IMG/VR virus record: IMGVR_UViG_3300042287_000568
Source: an uncultured virus (IMG/VR IMGVR_UViG_3300042287_000568)
Lineage: Duplodnaviria; Heunggongvirae; Uroviricota; Caudoviricetes
Length of the DNA stretch: 64,000 nt
Strand: one strand, 5' to 3'
This document shows positions 28,194-37,400 of the stretch, one piece after another; the first letter of the stretch is position 1, and every line of letters starts with the position of its first letter. The position numbers and the translations under genes were made by a program. Under the pieces are notes generated by a model that saw only the letters and a program-made list of their open reading frames with translations, was not told the DNA's origin and did no database searches.

Positions 28194-28510
28194 GCCTGTT
28201 TGGGGGAAGATATCAACTTGCGCCCGGAGATGCGGTCCCGTTTTCTGGTTCGGAAGAAGAAGTGCAAGCAAACCTTTTAACGCACAAGTTTGAGATAGTG
28301 GAAGACCCGATGTCCATAGGAGTGAGTCCAAAGCCTGAGTATCAAATGGTTGAGCGATGCTCTGTATGTTTGATGTACACGCCTAGTGAAGCAATCAAGT
28401 ATCCGTGTGGCAAAGTTGCCAGACTCGGACCTTCGGAGTATTTAATGCTTGATAAACGACCCAAAGGTTGGATTTATCAGAATCGTGTTACTCATAACCT
28501 GTTACCTTAA
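28190..28510 (+). CDS. Hypothetical protein
   Basis: ATGA coupling. Confidence 0.55.
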   Translation: MSLFGGRYQLAPGDAVPFSGSEEEVQANLLTHKFEIVEDPMSIGVSPKPEYQMVERCSVCLMYTPSEAIKYPCGKVARLGPSEYLMLDKRPKGWIYQNRVTHNLLP

Positions 28511-28695
28511 TTATACCTATAAGAGGTTGTAGTTACAACTTTTATCTGTATTTGTCTTTTATTGATTCCCAGTTCTCACCAAAAAGAATCTCCGTAGTCT
28601 CACGACAAACCGGGCATCTCGGGGCTTTGAGGTCCATCATGTGCGAGGGAGTATTTCCGCATTTGCAACGAAGTATTACTTCGGCACCGTATTGG

Positions 28696-29037
28696 TCAAT
28701 CAGCGATTTGCGTGACATCGTATTTTTTCCAACGGATTGGGTCGTCATCAAAGTCTTCCAACTTTACCGAATCGTCCCAGAAAGGAATTTCTCCCAGTAG
28801 TCCCGCGGCGATGGCCACTGAAGGAACCATTTGAGGAAGTCGCACTTCAAGGTCTTGAAGCCAGCCAGCACACCATATCTCTTCCGAGTAGTTCTGCATC
28901 ATCGGAATAAACCATTCACGCACTACGCCGAGAAGCAGTTTGATTGTTTCCGCGTTGTCCCTAAGAAGGAGTTCAACTTCTCCAACTGTTAGGTCCGGGA
29001 CTCTGAACGTTGGGTCTTCAAATGGTGATGAGTACAT
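28696..29037 (-). CDS. Hypothetical protein
   Basis: TACATT-N6-ATG leaderless start. Confidence 0.6.
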   Translation of the reverse strand: MYSSPFEDPTFRVPDLTVGEVELLLRDNAETIKLLLGVVREWFIPMMQNYSEEIWCAGWLQDLEVRLPQMVPSVAIAAGLLGEIPFWDDSVKLEDFDDDPIRWKKYDVTQIAD

Positions 29038-29055
29038 AAACCGAATGTATCAGTT

Positions 29056-29811
29056 TTATTGAGTAATTACCACTCTGTTTGAAGGAGTTGTTGGTACCCC
29101 TTCGGTGGAGTGACCTTTAAGTTTTAGCCATCTAACGTGGGCCTCTCTGGTCTTAGCCCCGTAGTGGCCGTCCACCGTGACACGAAGAAACGTTTGCAAG
29201 TCTTTAACAATCATGCCTCGCTCGTTGAAATAGAACTGCGCAAGAGGAACTAAGTGTGGTTTGTCGTGGTAGTAAAGGCGAGGCTTAGCCATTCTGTACT
29301 TGCCTGTTGACTTTGATTTGTAGCAACCCCAGCCACCGAAGCCAACTGCTTCCTTTTCCCATACGTAAGAGACGGGAACGCCGTGTATCTTTGCCCATTT
29401 AGGGTCACGATGACGGATTGTTTTGTAACCCTGAGTAGAGACTCTATTGGCAACAATGATTTGTTCTTCTTTGGTTGCTTTTGGTGGAGTAGGGGCAAAC
29501 TCGTCCCCGCCCCAGTTTTCCCAAGTTCCTTGATAGATGCCAAGACCACCAGACCACTTGCCACCATCTTGCCAGTTGCTATTTGTCTCACACACTGCAA
29601 CTTCTTCCCAGAACTTTGTAGTTGCTTTTGGTTTTTTTGTTTTTGTGAGAGTTGACCTGATTAATACACTGTTTTTTGACGTCACCTCCTCAATCACTAC
29701 TGGAACGTTTCCGTTTGGAAATTCTTGTAGTGAACTTTGAGCAAATACCACAGTGGGTATCAATACAACAAAGAGGATGGCAAAAGCCAATAGGAAGTGT
29801 TTCTTGGTCAA
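29056..29811 (-). CDS. Secreted Rpf-like lytic transglycosylase with C-terminal PG-binding-like domain
   Basis: Signal peptide; WEEVAVCETNSNW...GGLGI...TW...ATKEEQIIVA; VKDLQ.FL....DGHYG..T. Confidence 0.8.
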   Translation of the reverse strand: MTKKHFLLAFAILFVVLIPTVVFAQSSLQEFPNGNVPVVIEEVTSKNSVLIRSTLTKTKKPKATTKFWEEVAVCETNSNWQDGGKWSGGLGIYQGTWENWGGDEFAPTPPKATKEEQIIVANRVSTQGYKTIRHRDPKWAKIHGVPVSYVWEKEAVGFGGWGCYKSKSTGKYRMAKPRLYYHDKPHLVPLAQFYFNERGMIVKDLQTFLRVTVDGHYGAKTREAHVRWLKLKGHSTEGVPTTPSNRVVITQ

Positions 29812-29994
29812 TGGGTGCTCCAGTGTTCGGCGGATAGGTCAACAAGCAGATAACAAGCGCTTGCCTATGTCGTCGTCAGTGTTTAACTGAACATAACTAT
29901 TTTACCAATTTTTGTCACACAGTCAACCATTAGGAAACCCTTGGTACGCAAAGGATTCATATTTTGACCTTGGGAAACCCTTACGGAGCAAGGG

Positions 29995-30270
29995 TCAGGA
30001 GTCACTGCTTTTATCTAAAAAATCCGTAATATATTTTTCAGGGTCAATAATGCTGAATTCTGCAGTGAAATTAACCCCATTTTCACTATTTGAGGGCTTA
30101 AATCCGATGGAATCAAGTAAGTGACCAGCAACTTCTTCAAAGTCTTCCAACATTATTAACTCGTCTTCGGGGCTCATTGCTTCAAAGTCAACTTCTGACA
30201 TCTCTAGAAGCATTTTTGACATGTGCTTTACAACGTCAAGGCGAACTTCAAATTCATTTTTCTTACTCAT
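29995..30270 (-). CDS. Acidic hypothetical protein
   Basis: TACACT-N7-ATG start. Confidence 0.6.
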   Translation of the reverse strand: MSKKNEFEVRLDVVKHMSKMLLEMSEVDFEAMSPEDELIMLEDFEEVAGHLLDSIGFKPSNSENGVNFTAEFSIIDPEKYITDFLDKSSDS

Positions 30271-30343
30271 GGTTGCGAGTGTACACATAAGAAGATAGTC
30301 TTACAACCAGTTGGACAACCCCCCGAACATTGGAGAAATCAAC

Positions 30344-30775
30344 ATGGCAATTACACCAACAACAATTGTGGGAAACCTCACATCAGACCCAGAACTGAAG
30401 TTCACTACAAATCAGAAGGCTCAATTGAAGTTTTCTGTTGCTGTGAATGACAACTACGTAGACGCTTCCGGCGAGAAGGTGGAAAAGACTTCGTTCTTTA
30501 ACATCGTCGCTTGGGGATACCTTGCAGAGAACTCAGTGAACGTACTTGAAAAGGGCGTAGGCGTAGTAATCGTCGGCACTCTGGACCAGCGTTCATGGGA
30601 CGACAAGGAAAGTGGACAAAAGCGTTCAACGATTGAAATCAAAGCGATGGAAATCGGCATCCGTACAGGCTCTCTTGAGTCAATTGAGCGTCGTCGTGCT
30701 TCGTCAAACGATTCATCGGCAAAGCCAACACCTAAGCGAACTAAAGAAACAGTCCCATCAGACGAACCTTTCTAA
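30344..30775 (+). CDS. ssb: Single-stranded DNA-binding protein
   Basis: VGNLTSDPELKFT, AWGYLAEN, acidic DEPF tail; GGAG RBS. Confidence 0.93.
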   Translation: MAITPTTIVGNLTSDPELKFTTNQKAQLKFSVAVNDNYVDASGEKVEKTSFFNIVAWGYLAENSVNVLEKGVGVVIVGTLDQRSWDDKESGQKRSTIEIKAMEIGIRTGSLESIERRRASSNDSSAKPTPKRTKETVPSDEPF

Positions 30776-30859
30776 TCATTTAAGTGCGCCCGTGAGCGCA
30801 TAACGATTTATCAATGCCCCATCCGTTTATTCGGGTGGGGTTTTGTTATTGTATGACTC

Positions 30860-31285
30860 ATGACGACAGAACACCGCCGTGCGCCCCGTAGAGACGTCGT
30901 TGAAATAAGACGAGTTGGAGGTTGGGGTGCCGTCACTTATCACCATGTTCTTTCATGTGGTCACATAGAACAACGGCCGAGAGCAACGACAGCAACAAAA
31001 CTTGCTTGCGTGTGGTGTTTACGTGCAGAAAAAGTAGAGAGCACTATGGCTTCTTTAGCAATCGCACAACCTCGCAACACGTTTATTGATGATGACGAAC
31101 TTGCATCAATAGAAACAGAAACACAAATGATGAAAGCATCGTTGTCTGCACATTTTGGAATACCAATTGATGCTGTTGATGTTGTAATGACGGATGACGC
31201 AGGTAACCTTCGGATGCGTTACGCAACAATTTTTCTTACTGAAAGAGATGTGCGTAGAATAACGGGGCAACAGCATGGAGGTTGA
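30860..31285 (+). CDS. Zinc-binding hypothetical protein
   Basis: LSCGH...CVWC. Confidence 0.6.
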   Translation: MTTEHRRAPRRDVVEIRRVGGWGAVTYHHVLSCGHIEQRPRATTATKLACVWCLRAEKVESTMASLAIAQPRNTFIDDDELASIETETQMMKASLSAHFGIPIDAVDVVMTDDAGNLRMRYATIFLTERDVRRITGQQHGG

Positions 31286-31637
31286 TTTGGAACAGGGTAG
31301 TTTTTCACCAGATAATGGTAACTGCAAGGGTTATCCAACAGAGTGGTGGTTCCCTCTACAAAAAACTGGCAAGCGTGAAGAACTAAACGAAATTAGGGTC
31401 AACACAGCAAAAGCAAAAGCAGTATGTTCTTCTTGCCCCATTTCAGTACAGTGCTTGGAGTACTCAATTAAGTGGGAACCATGGGGTATTTGGGGCGGAT
31501 ACGAAGAGCAACAGCGTGCAGAGATGCGTTGGTCAAAGAACGTAACACTCGGACGTGAAGGTCGCATAGTATTCCGAGGCGTAGGACTTCGTGATGCTAA
31601 CGGCGGAGAGTTCTTAGAAAGAGCAGCAGCGAAGTAA
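31275..31637 (+). CDS. whiB: WhiB-family transcription factor (second copy)
   Basis: C...CSSC-x5-C and GIWGG. Confidence 0.88.
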   Translation: MEVDLEQGSFSPDNGNCKGYPTEWWFPLQKTGKREELNEIRVNTAKAKAVCSSCPISVQCLEYSIKWEPWGIWGGYEEQQRAEMRWSKNVTLGREGRIVFRGVGLRDANGGEFLERAAAK

Positions 31638-33367
31638 TGGCTTCACATACAGACGAGTTTCTTGCTCGCCTAAAGGGAGTTAGTGAAACTTCCAATGGTT
31701 GGGAAGCACGGTGTCCTTGTCGTAACGATGACGACAACCCGTCCCTTTCAATCTCTGAAGATGCAAACACTGGGAACATTCTGGTTTCTTGTCATCGGGG
31801 CTCACCCTGCAGCAGTAAGGAGATTTGTGAATCAATCGGTTTGACACAAGCATCTTTATTTCCTCCACAAAAACGAACTAAAGAAAAACTTGAACTCATC
31901 AAGACTTACAACTACACTGATAAAGACGGAGAACTTCTGTTTCAGAAACTTCGTTATGTAGATAGTGCTGGAAAGAAAACATTCCGACAACGCAAGCCAG
32001 ACGGTCGTGGTGGCTGGGACTACTCCCTCGGTGATACACCAAAGGTTCTTTACAATCTTCCAGCAGTAATGAATGCTGTAAAAGATGGGTTCCCTATTTG
32101 GGTTGTTGAGGGCGAAAAAGACGCCGACACTCTCATGGACTTAGGAATTATTGCAACAACAATGCCAGGTGGCGCTGGTAAGTGGTTGCCAATACATACG
32201 TCGGCTCTTGCTGGTGCAGAAGTTGAGATTATCGCAGACAACGACGAGCCAGGAATGGCGCATGCAAAGACTGTATGCAGTGAGTTATTGAAGGCTGGTT
32301 GTGAAGCACGTGTTTGGCACACACCAAAGCAAAAAGACATAACTGACTTCTTGTCTATTGGTGGAGACATAGATGAACTTCTAATAGTTGACGAAGACAC
32401 ACCGGCACCAAGTGCCCCGGTTGTTGCAACTGCGACAGTTGTTGAAGCAGTGCCTGACCCTGACGTCTTTGTTGAGGCGAAGAGCAAACTGGAACAACTA
32501 CTTCTTCGTAACGACTTGTCGCCGCATCAGTTACTAATAAAAGCGCAAGGCATCGCAATGTCAGCAGGCAGAGAGAAGCCGAGAGATTTTGGTAGACTGG
32601 TATCGTGGAGTGAGTTTGTTTCCGAGAGCAGTGATGACACTTACGATTGGGTCATTGACGATTTGATTGAGCGCACAGAACGAGTTATTGTTGTTGCTGC
32701 CGAAGGCGTTGGTAAGACAATGCTTGCTAGACAGGTTGCGATACTTTCAGGTTGCGGCGTACACCCGTTCACTTATCAGCGGATGCGACAAGTACGCACG
32801 TTAACTGTTGACTTGGAGAACCCAGAGCGCATCATCAGACGTACCTCTCGTGAAATCTACAATGCTGCTTTTGCTCGTGGATACACAAAGTCTCCGACAG
32901 CAGAACTACTCGTCAAGCCATCAGGTTTTGACTTGATGAAACCTGAAGATAGAGAAGTGTTGGAACGTGCCATTGAGGACACCAAACCCGAGTTGCTTAT
33001 TATGGGTCCTCTTTACAAGGCTTTCGTAGACCCAGGTGGTCGCACGGCAGAAGCAGTAGCGGTAGAGGTTGCTAAGTACCTTGACTACATCAGAGACTCT
33101 TATCAGTGTGCTCTTTGGTTGGAACACCATGCTCCTCTAGGTGAAAGCATGACTAATCGTCAGTTGCGTCCATTTGGTTCTGCGGTATGGTCTCGCTGGC
33201 CAGAGTTTGGTATTGCCTTAACTCCTGACATTTCGTCTGGCATGGCGTACACTTATGATGTCAAGCATTTCCGAGGTGCTCGTGACGACAGGCCATGGCC
33301 TACCAAGATTAAGAGGGGTAGGCTTTTCCCGTTTGAAGTAGTGGAGTACGCTAAGGTAAACAAATGA
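31637..33367 (+). CDS. DNA primase-helicase (Zn finger, TOPRIM, RecA-type helicase)
   Basis: CPCRNDDDNPSL, VEGEKDAD, ADNDEPG, AAEGVGKT. Confidence 0.88.
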   Translation: MASHTDEFLARLKGVSETSNGWEARCPCRNDDDNPSLSISEDANTGNILVSCHRGSPCSSKEICESIGLTQASLFPPQKRTKEKLELIKTYNYTDKDGELLFQKLRYVDSAGKKTFRQRKPDGRGGWDYSLGDTPKVLYNLPAVMNAVKDGFPIWVVEGEKDADTLMDLGIIATTMPGGAGKWLPIHTSALAGAEVEIIADNDEPGMAHAKTVCSELLKAGCEARVWHTPKQKDITDFLSIGGDIDELLIVDEDTPAPSAPVVATATVVEAVPDPDVFVEAKSKLEQLLLRNDLSPHQLLIKAQGIAMSAGREKPRDFGRLVSWSEFVSESSDDTYDWVIDDLIERTERVIVVAAEGVGKTMLARQVAILSGCGVHPFTYQRMRQVRTLTVDLENPERIIRRTSREIYNAAFARGYTKSPTAELLVKPSGFDLMKPEDREVLERAIEDTKPELLIMGPLYKAFVDPGGRTAEAVAVEVAKYLDYIRDSYQCALWLEHHAPLGESMTNRQLRPFGSAVWSRWPEFGIALTPDISSGMAYTYDVKHFRGARDDRPWPTKIKRGRLFPFEVVEYAKVNK

Positions 33368-33966
33368 GTCAAGAACGCAATAATAAAGTGATGACTAAAG
33401 AGTTCATCGCAGAGCGAGACTTACGTATCTTCAAGATGAGACAGGCTGGCGTCGCAGTATCTGAGATTGCCAGAAGATTTGACCTGACGTCTGCTTCCGT
33501 ACACAGGGCTGTACAGCGCCAGTTGGAGAAACTGAACAGAGAAGCACTCATGGCATACCCGGAGGTGCTACGGATGGAACTAGAGCGTCTGGACAACCTC
33601 CAAGCGGCAATCTGGCCACTGACTCAGCACCGAAAGGTGAAGATGGATGACGGTACCGAGGTGGCAGTAGAGCCAGACCTCAAAGCCATACAACAAGTTC
33701 TCTCAATCATGGACAGAAGAACAAAACTTCTAGGTATGGAAGCCACCAATATCAACGTTCAGATGGATGTACGGGGCTCGGAGTCGGTGAAGGCCACTCT
33801 TGCTGGTGAATCAGGACGTCCTGCGGCTATTGACGCCTTTGACCCAGAGACAGAGGCTCGTAAACTGTTGGAAATCATGGGCATGTCGGGTGTGCTTCCA
33901 CCGGACATGGTTGCTGGTATCCTCGGGCAAGCACCAATACAGGACGCAGAGATAGTTGATGAGTGA
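33364..33966 (+). CDS. HTH protein, terminase-small-subunit-like
   Basis: N-terminal HTH; ELERLD.LQ...MDRRTKLLG. Confidence 0.5.
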   Translation: MSQERNNKVMTKEFIAERDLRIFKMRQAGVAVSEIARRFDLTSASVHRAVQRQLEKLNREALMAYPEVLRMELERLDNLQAAIWPLTQHRKVKMDDGTEVAVEPDLKAIQQVLSIMDRRTKLLGMEATNINVQMDVRGSESVKATLAGESGRPAAIDAFDPETEARKLLEIMGMSGVLPPDMVAGILGQAPIQDAEIVDE

Positions 33967-34276
33967 AAAAGACCAAGAGATTAGTAATTTAGTTTCGGCT
34001 ATTGACCGTGAGGCTCATGGAGATAAATCCATTTCTACCGAGGTTTCGCCAGAAGATGGTCCTGCCGACAAGAATATTCTTGTTCGTTTGACGAACAAAG
34101 ACAGAGAACGTTGGAAGGAAGCCTCGGAGAAGATTGGGGTTACCATGTCTCAGATGATTAGAGACACGGTGAACGATAAGGTCACTGAAATTATTGACTG
34201 TTCTCACCCCATAAACATGCGCAGGTACTACCCATGGTCGGAGTTCTGCCTTAAATGTCAGCGTAGAATGCGCTAA
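33956..34276 (+). CDS. RHH-like DNA-binding protein
   Basis: ILVRLT...WKEASEKIGVTMSQMIR. Confidence 0.6.
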   Translation: MMSEKDQEISNLVSAIDREAHGDKSISTEVSPEDGPADKNILVRLTNKDRERWKEASEKIGVTMSQMIRDTVNDKVTEIIDCSHPINMRRYYPWSEFCLKCQRRMR

Positions 34277-34434
34277 TGGAAGAAGTATCAGCGTCAATCG
34301 CTGCTCGTAGATACGCAGTCTGTAAAGAATGTCCACACATGAAGAAGTGGAAGAAGACCTGCAAGGTTTGTGGTTGCCCACTACTTATGAAGGTGCGTTT
34401 TGTAGGCGAGGCTTGCCCACTAGGTAAGTGGTGA
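34276..34434 (+). CDS. 52-aa Cys-rich protein (not in ORF track)
   Basis: R.AVCKECP...CKVCGC...K.....CPLGKW. Confidence 0.6.
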   Translation: MEEVSASIAARRYAVCKECPHMKKWKKTCKVCGCPLLMKVRFVGEACPLGKW

Positions 34435-34468
34435 AGACTATCGGAACTCGTTCCTGCTGGGGATAACG

Positions 34469-37400
34469 TCAGTTTCTCGCTCTGCGCGAAGCATTCTCTG
34501 CACTTCGTGTATTTGCAACAAACTGATTGCCTTGCCGACTTCCGATGATTTTCTTACGATTAGTCGCCGCTCTCTGTGCCGGCGTAAGGCGACTCCAAGC
34601 AGTAGAAGGAAGGTAACGGCGAGTGCCGCCTTTGCGAATCGCTGGTTTTCCATCTGAAGTTGTCCATTTCTCTCGTGTCCATTTATTGAGCGAACGCTGA
34701 GTCTTACGCAGGCCGCCCTTGTAGCCACCGCCTGCTTTACGATACTCCAAAGCAACCAGTTGCGCTTTGCGGGCAGACCACTGACCCGGGTTTCCACCTT
34801 TGCTACCAGCCATAATACGGTTCTTGATTCTTTCACGCAACTCTGGTTTTGTGTACTTGAGTGACTTGGTGTCAAATGACGGAGCACTGGATACAAAGGA
34901 CTTGGTTGCTAGGTCTACCCATTGAACCGATTTTCCTCTTATCTCACGTCCTGGCATGTCTGGCATTCTTCCATCTTCCGAGAGTGTTATTGCATCATTC
35001 TTGCCGATGTCCTGTTGGATGACCAAATCAAGCCAACCCTTCCATATTTCACGACCAGGATTGTCACTACTTGCATTACTGTCTACAACAAGAGAAGCAA
35101 TCGGAGTGTGTTTACCAACAAGGTGAGTCTCACCAACGTTGTTTTCTTCGGTTGCGTCATCGCCAATTCTTACTTTGAATATGTGAATTCCCGTGTTTGA
35201 TGAACGTTTTGTGTCGTCACCCTCTGCGTATCTTCCTCCATACGAGCCGAACAAGTCTTGCAACGATGATGCTCTGTATGTGCTGGAATACTGATAGTCG
35301 TCTGCGACCAATTTGTCCGCTACTTTGTCAAGTCTGGACAGCACTATGTTCTTGTCTCCGATAGCGCCGTCAATATTGGCAATCTGTCGTGCTTCAGGGG
35401 TGATTGTTGAACTTTCTGGGTCACTGCGATTAAGACCCAACAGCATTCTTGCTCTTCCAACTCTTTGTGGGTCCTTGAGGTCGGCTTTTCTTATTGCGTC
35501 AAAATCAACAACTCCATCAGAATCAATCTGACGCTTCATGTCTTCAAGGATGGATATGTCCCGCTTGGCATCATCACGCTTTCCGACCATATATCTGGCC
35601 GTTTCGTCATTGATTTGACGAGTATTGCCCATAATTGCTTGTCCAACTTGTCCTCGTGAGCGAGCAGGGTCAAGTTCTCCGCCTTCTAGTTTTGCTGCTC
35701 CGTAGTGGACTACATATATTGCATTTGGGTCGTTCGGGTCTGTGAATCTTTCCATTCTCTGGTTTTCACTCATTGAACTGACTTCTAGTGCTCTTGCTTT
35801 GACCTTCTCAACATTGGCTTCGTCAAGAAGCAACTCCTCAATGAGTACTGTTGTTTCTGGATAGTCACCGGTTAGGCGTTTCTTGTCATCTTCAAGACTG
35901 TCTCTATCTTTCTTGAGAACATCTATCTTTCTCTGCCTTGCCGATATAGCATTTCTTGAGTCTTGCACTACTATTTCAGACCAGCCGTTGCTCTCTAACT
36001 GCTCCTTGCTGTAAGTCTTTGGGTCATTGCCTTCGGTGATGAACACGTCATGCTTAACTCCTTCCCAGTTACCCGTGGCTTCAAGTTCACTTATTGCTCT
36101 AGTCAGGCGAGCATTGACGGATTCAAGTTCTGCCACCTGTGTGTCAATGTCACTAATGCGCTGGTCTGTCCGTGTAGACAAATTTTCCCGTGCTGTCGTA
36201 GATGAGAAGCCAAAACGACCACCAGGATAAGGACCTGGCTTTGGTTCCGTAATCGCAGTAGGACCAATGCCTTGTTCTCTGCGGAAGTCTTCCATATCGT
36301 CTTTGTCCATAGCGCCGACAGCGAGCCTGCGTAGACGCTTGGATAGTTTTTGGTAAGCAAGAAGTTTGCCGTCTGGGTTTTCTTTCTGGCTTGGGTCTTC
36401 GTTGAACCCGTTGTTGAGTATCTCAATGACGACATTCATTAGGTCAAATGCGTCTTCTTGGGATATCTCCCCACTGCGTAGTTTCTCTATTGTCTTCTGT
36501 GCCCACTGGTCATCTAGGTCTTTGCCACCCTTGCCGATTGGTGGATTGTCACGAAGGAAGTCCATATTGTCCGTCAGCGTACGGATGGCACTATCTGACA
36601 CTCGTCGCTCTGGCCTCATACTGGAAGAAGCAAAACCTTCACGAGCGTTTGTGGGAATCATTCTTCCTGCTAATGGGTCAAACGTATTTACATGAGACAG
36701 TTCTACTACTGTGTACCCGTCTTTCTCGCTCTTGGAGACGACAGTAAATTCTCCCTGAGTAACAGATTCAATAGGTACTTCTATCCAGTCGCTTTCTAGG
36801 TCTCTTATTTGTGTCGTGTAATCGCTAGATGCTACATGGGCACCATCTCTGAGTTGGAGGATTACTTTTTTGTCACTCTCGGCATTCATGTCAGCAAACG
36901 TTGTAGCAAGGCTTCTGTCTGGAGTGAAAGCACTAAGTGGGAATGTTATCGTCTCGCCTTGTTCTGCCATGAGTATCTCTGAATCGTCAGGAACAGAACC
37001 CAAGCCTCTGTAGAGGGGTCTATCACTAATAGTCTCACCCATGGATATCTTTTCCATAGTCTTGTGAGTGTTGATTAGAGATTCACGAACCGATTCTTTG
37101 ACGTGGTCTGGTGCGTTTGACAGTTCACCCGAACGCATTATCTCGTGGACGGTTGATAATGACTCTTCGCCACCCTTGGTTGGTTGCTGTTCTATACCCA
37201 TCATTGCTGAGGATAAGTGACGCATACGCCAGTTACCCGACCATGTTGTCCACTGGTCGTAGGCGGTATCCCAATCGTATGTAGATAGGTCTTCGTCGGT
37301 TATGTCAAAGTCGTAGTCACCAACAGTGAAACGTGAAGTACTAGAGGCTTCACGACTCATCTTTGCAGTTGATGCTCCAGTAGTTCTGCTTGCTAACCCG

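Noticed and set aside
29812..29905. ydaO c-di-AMP riboswitch upstream of the Rpf-like gene
   Set aside because: The leader is too short and lacks the conserved GCTGAA/GGGGGA/GGGTGAA elements.
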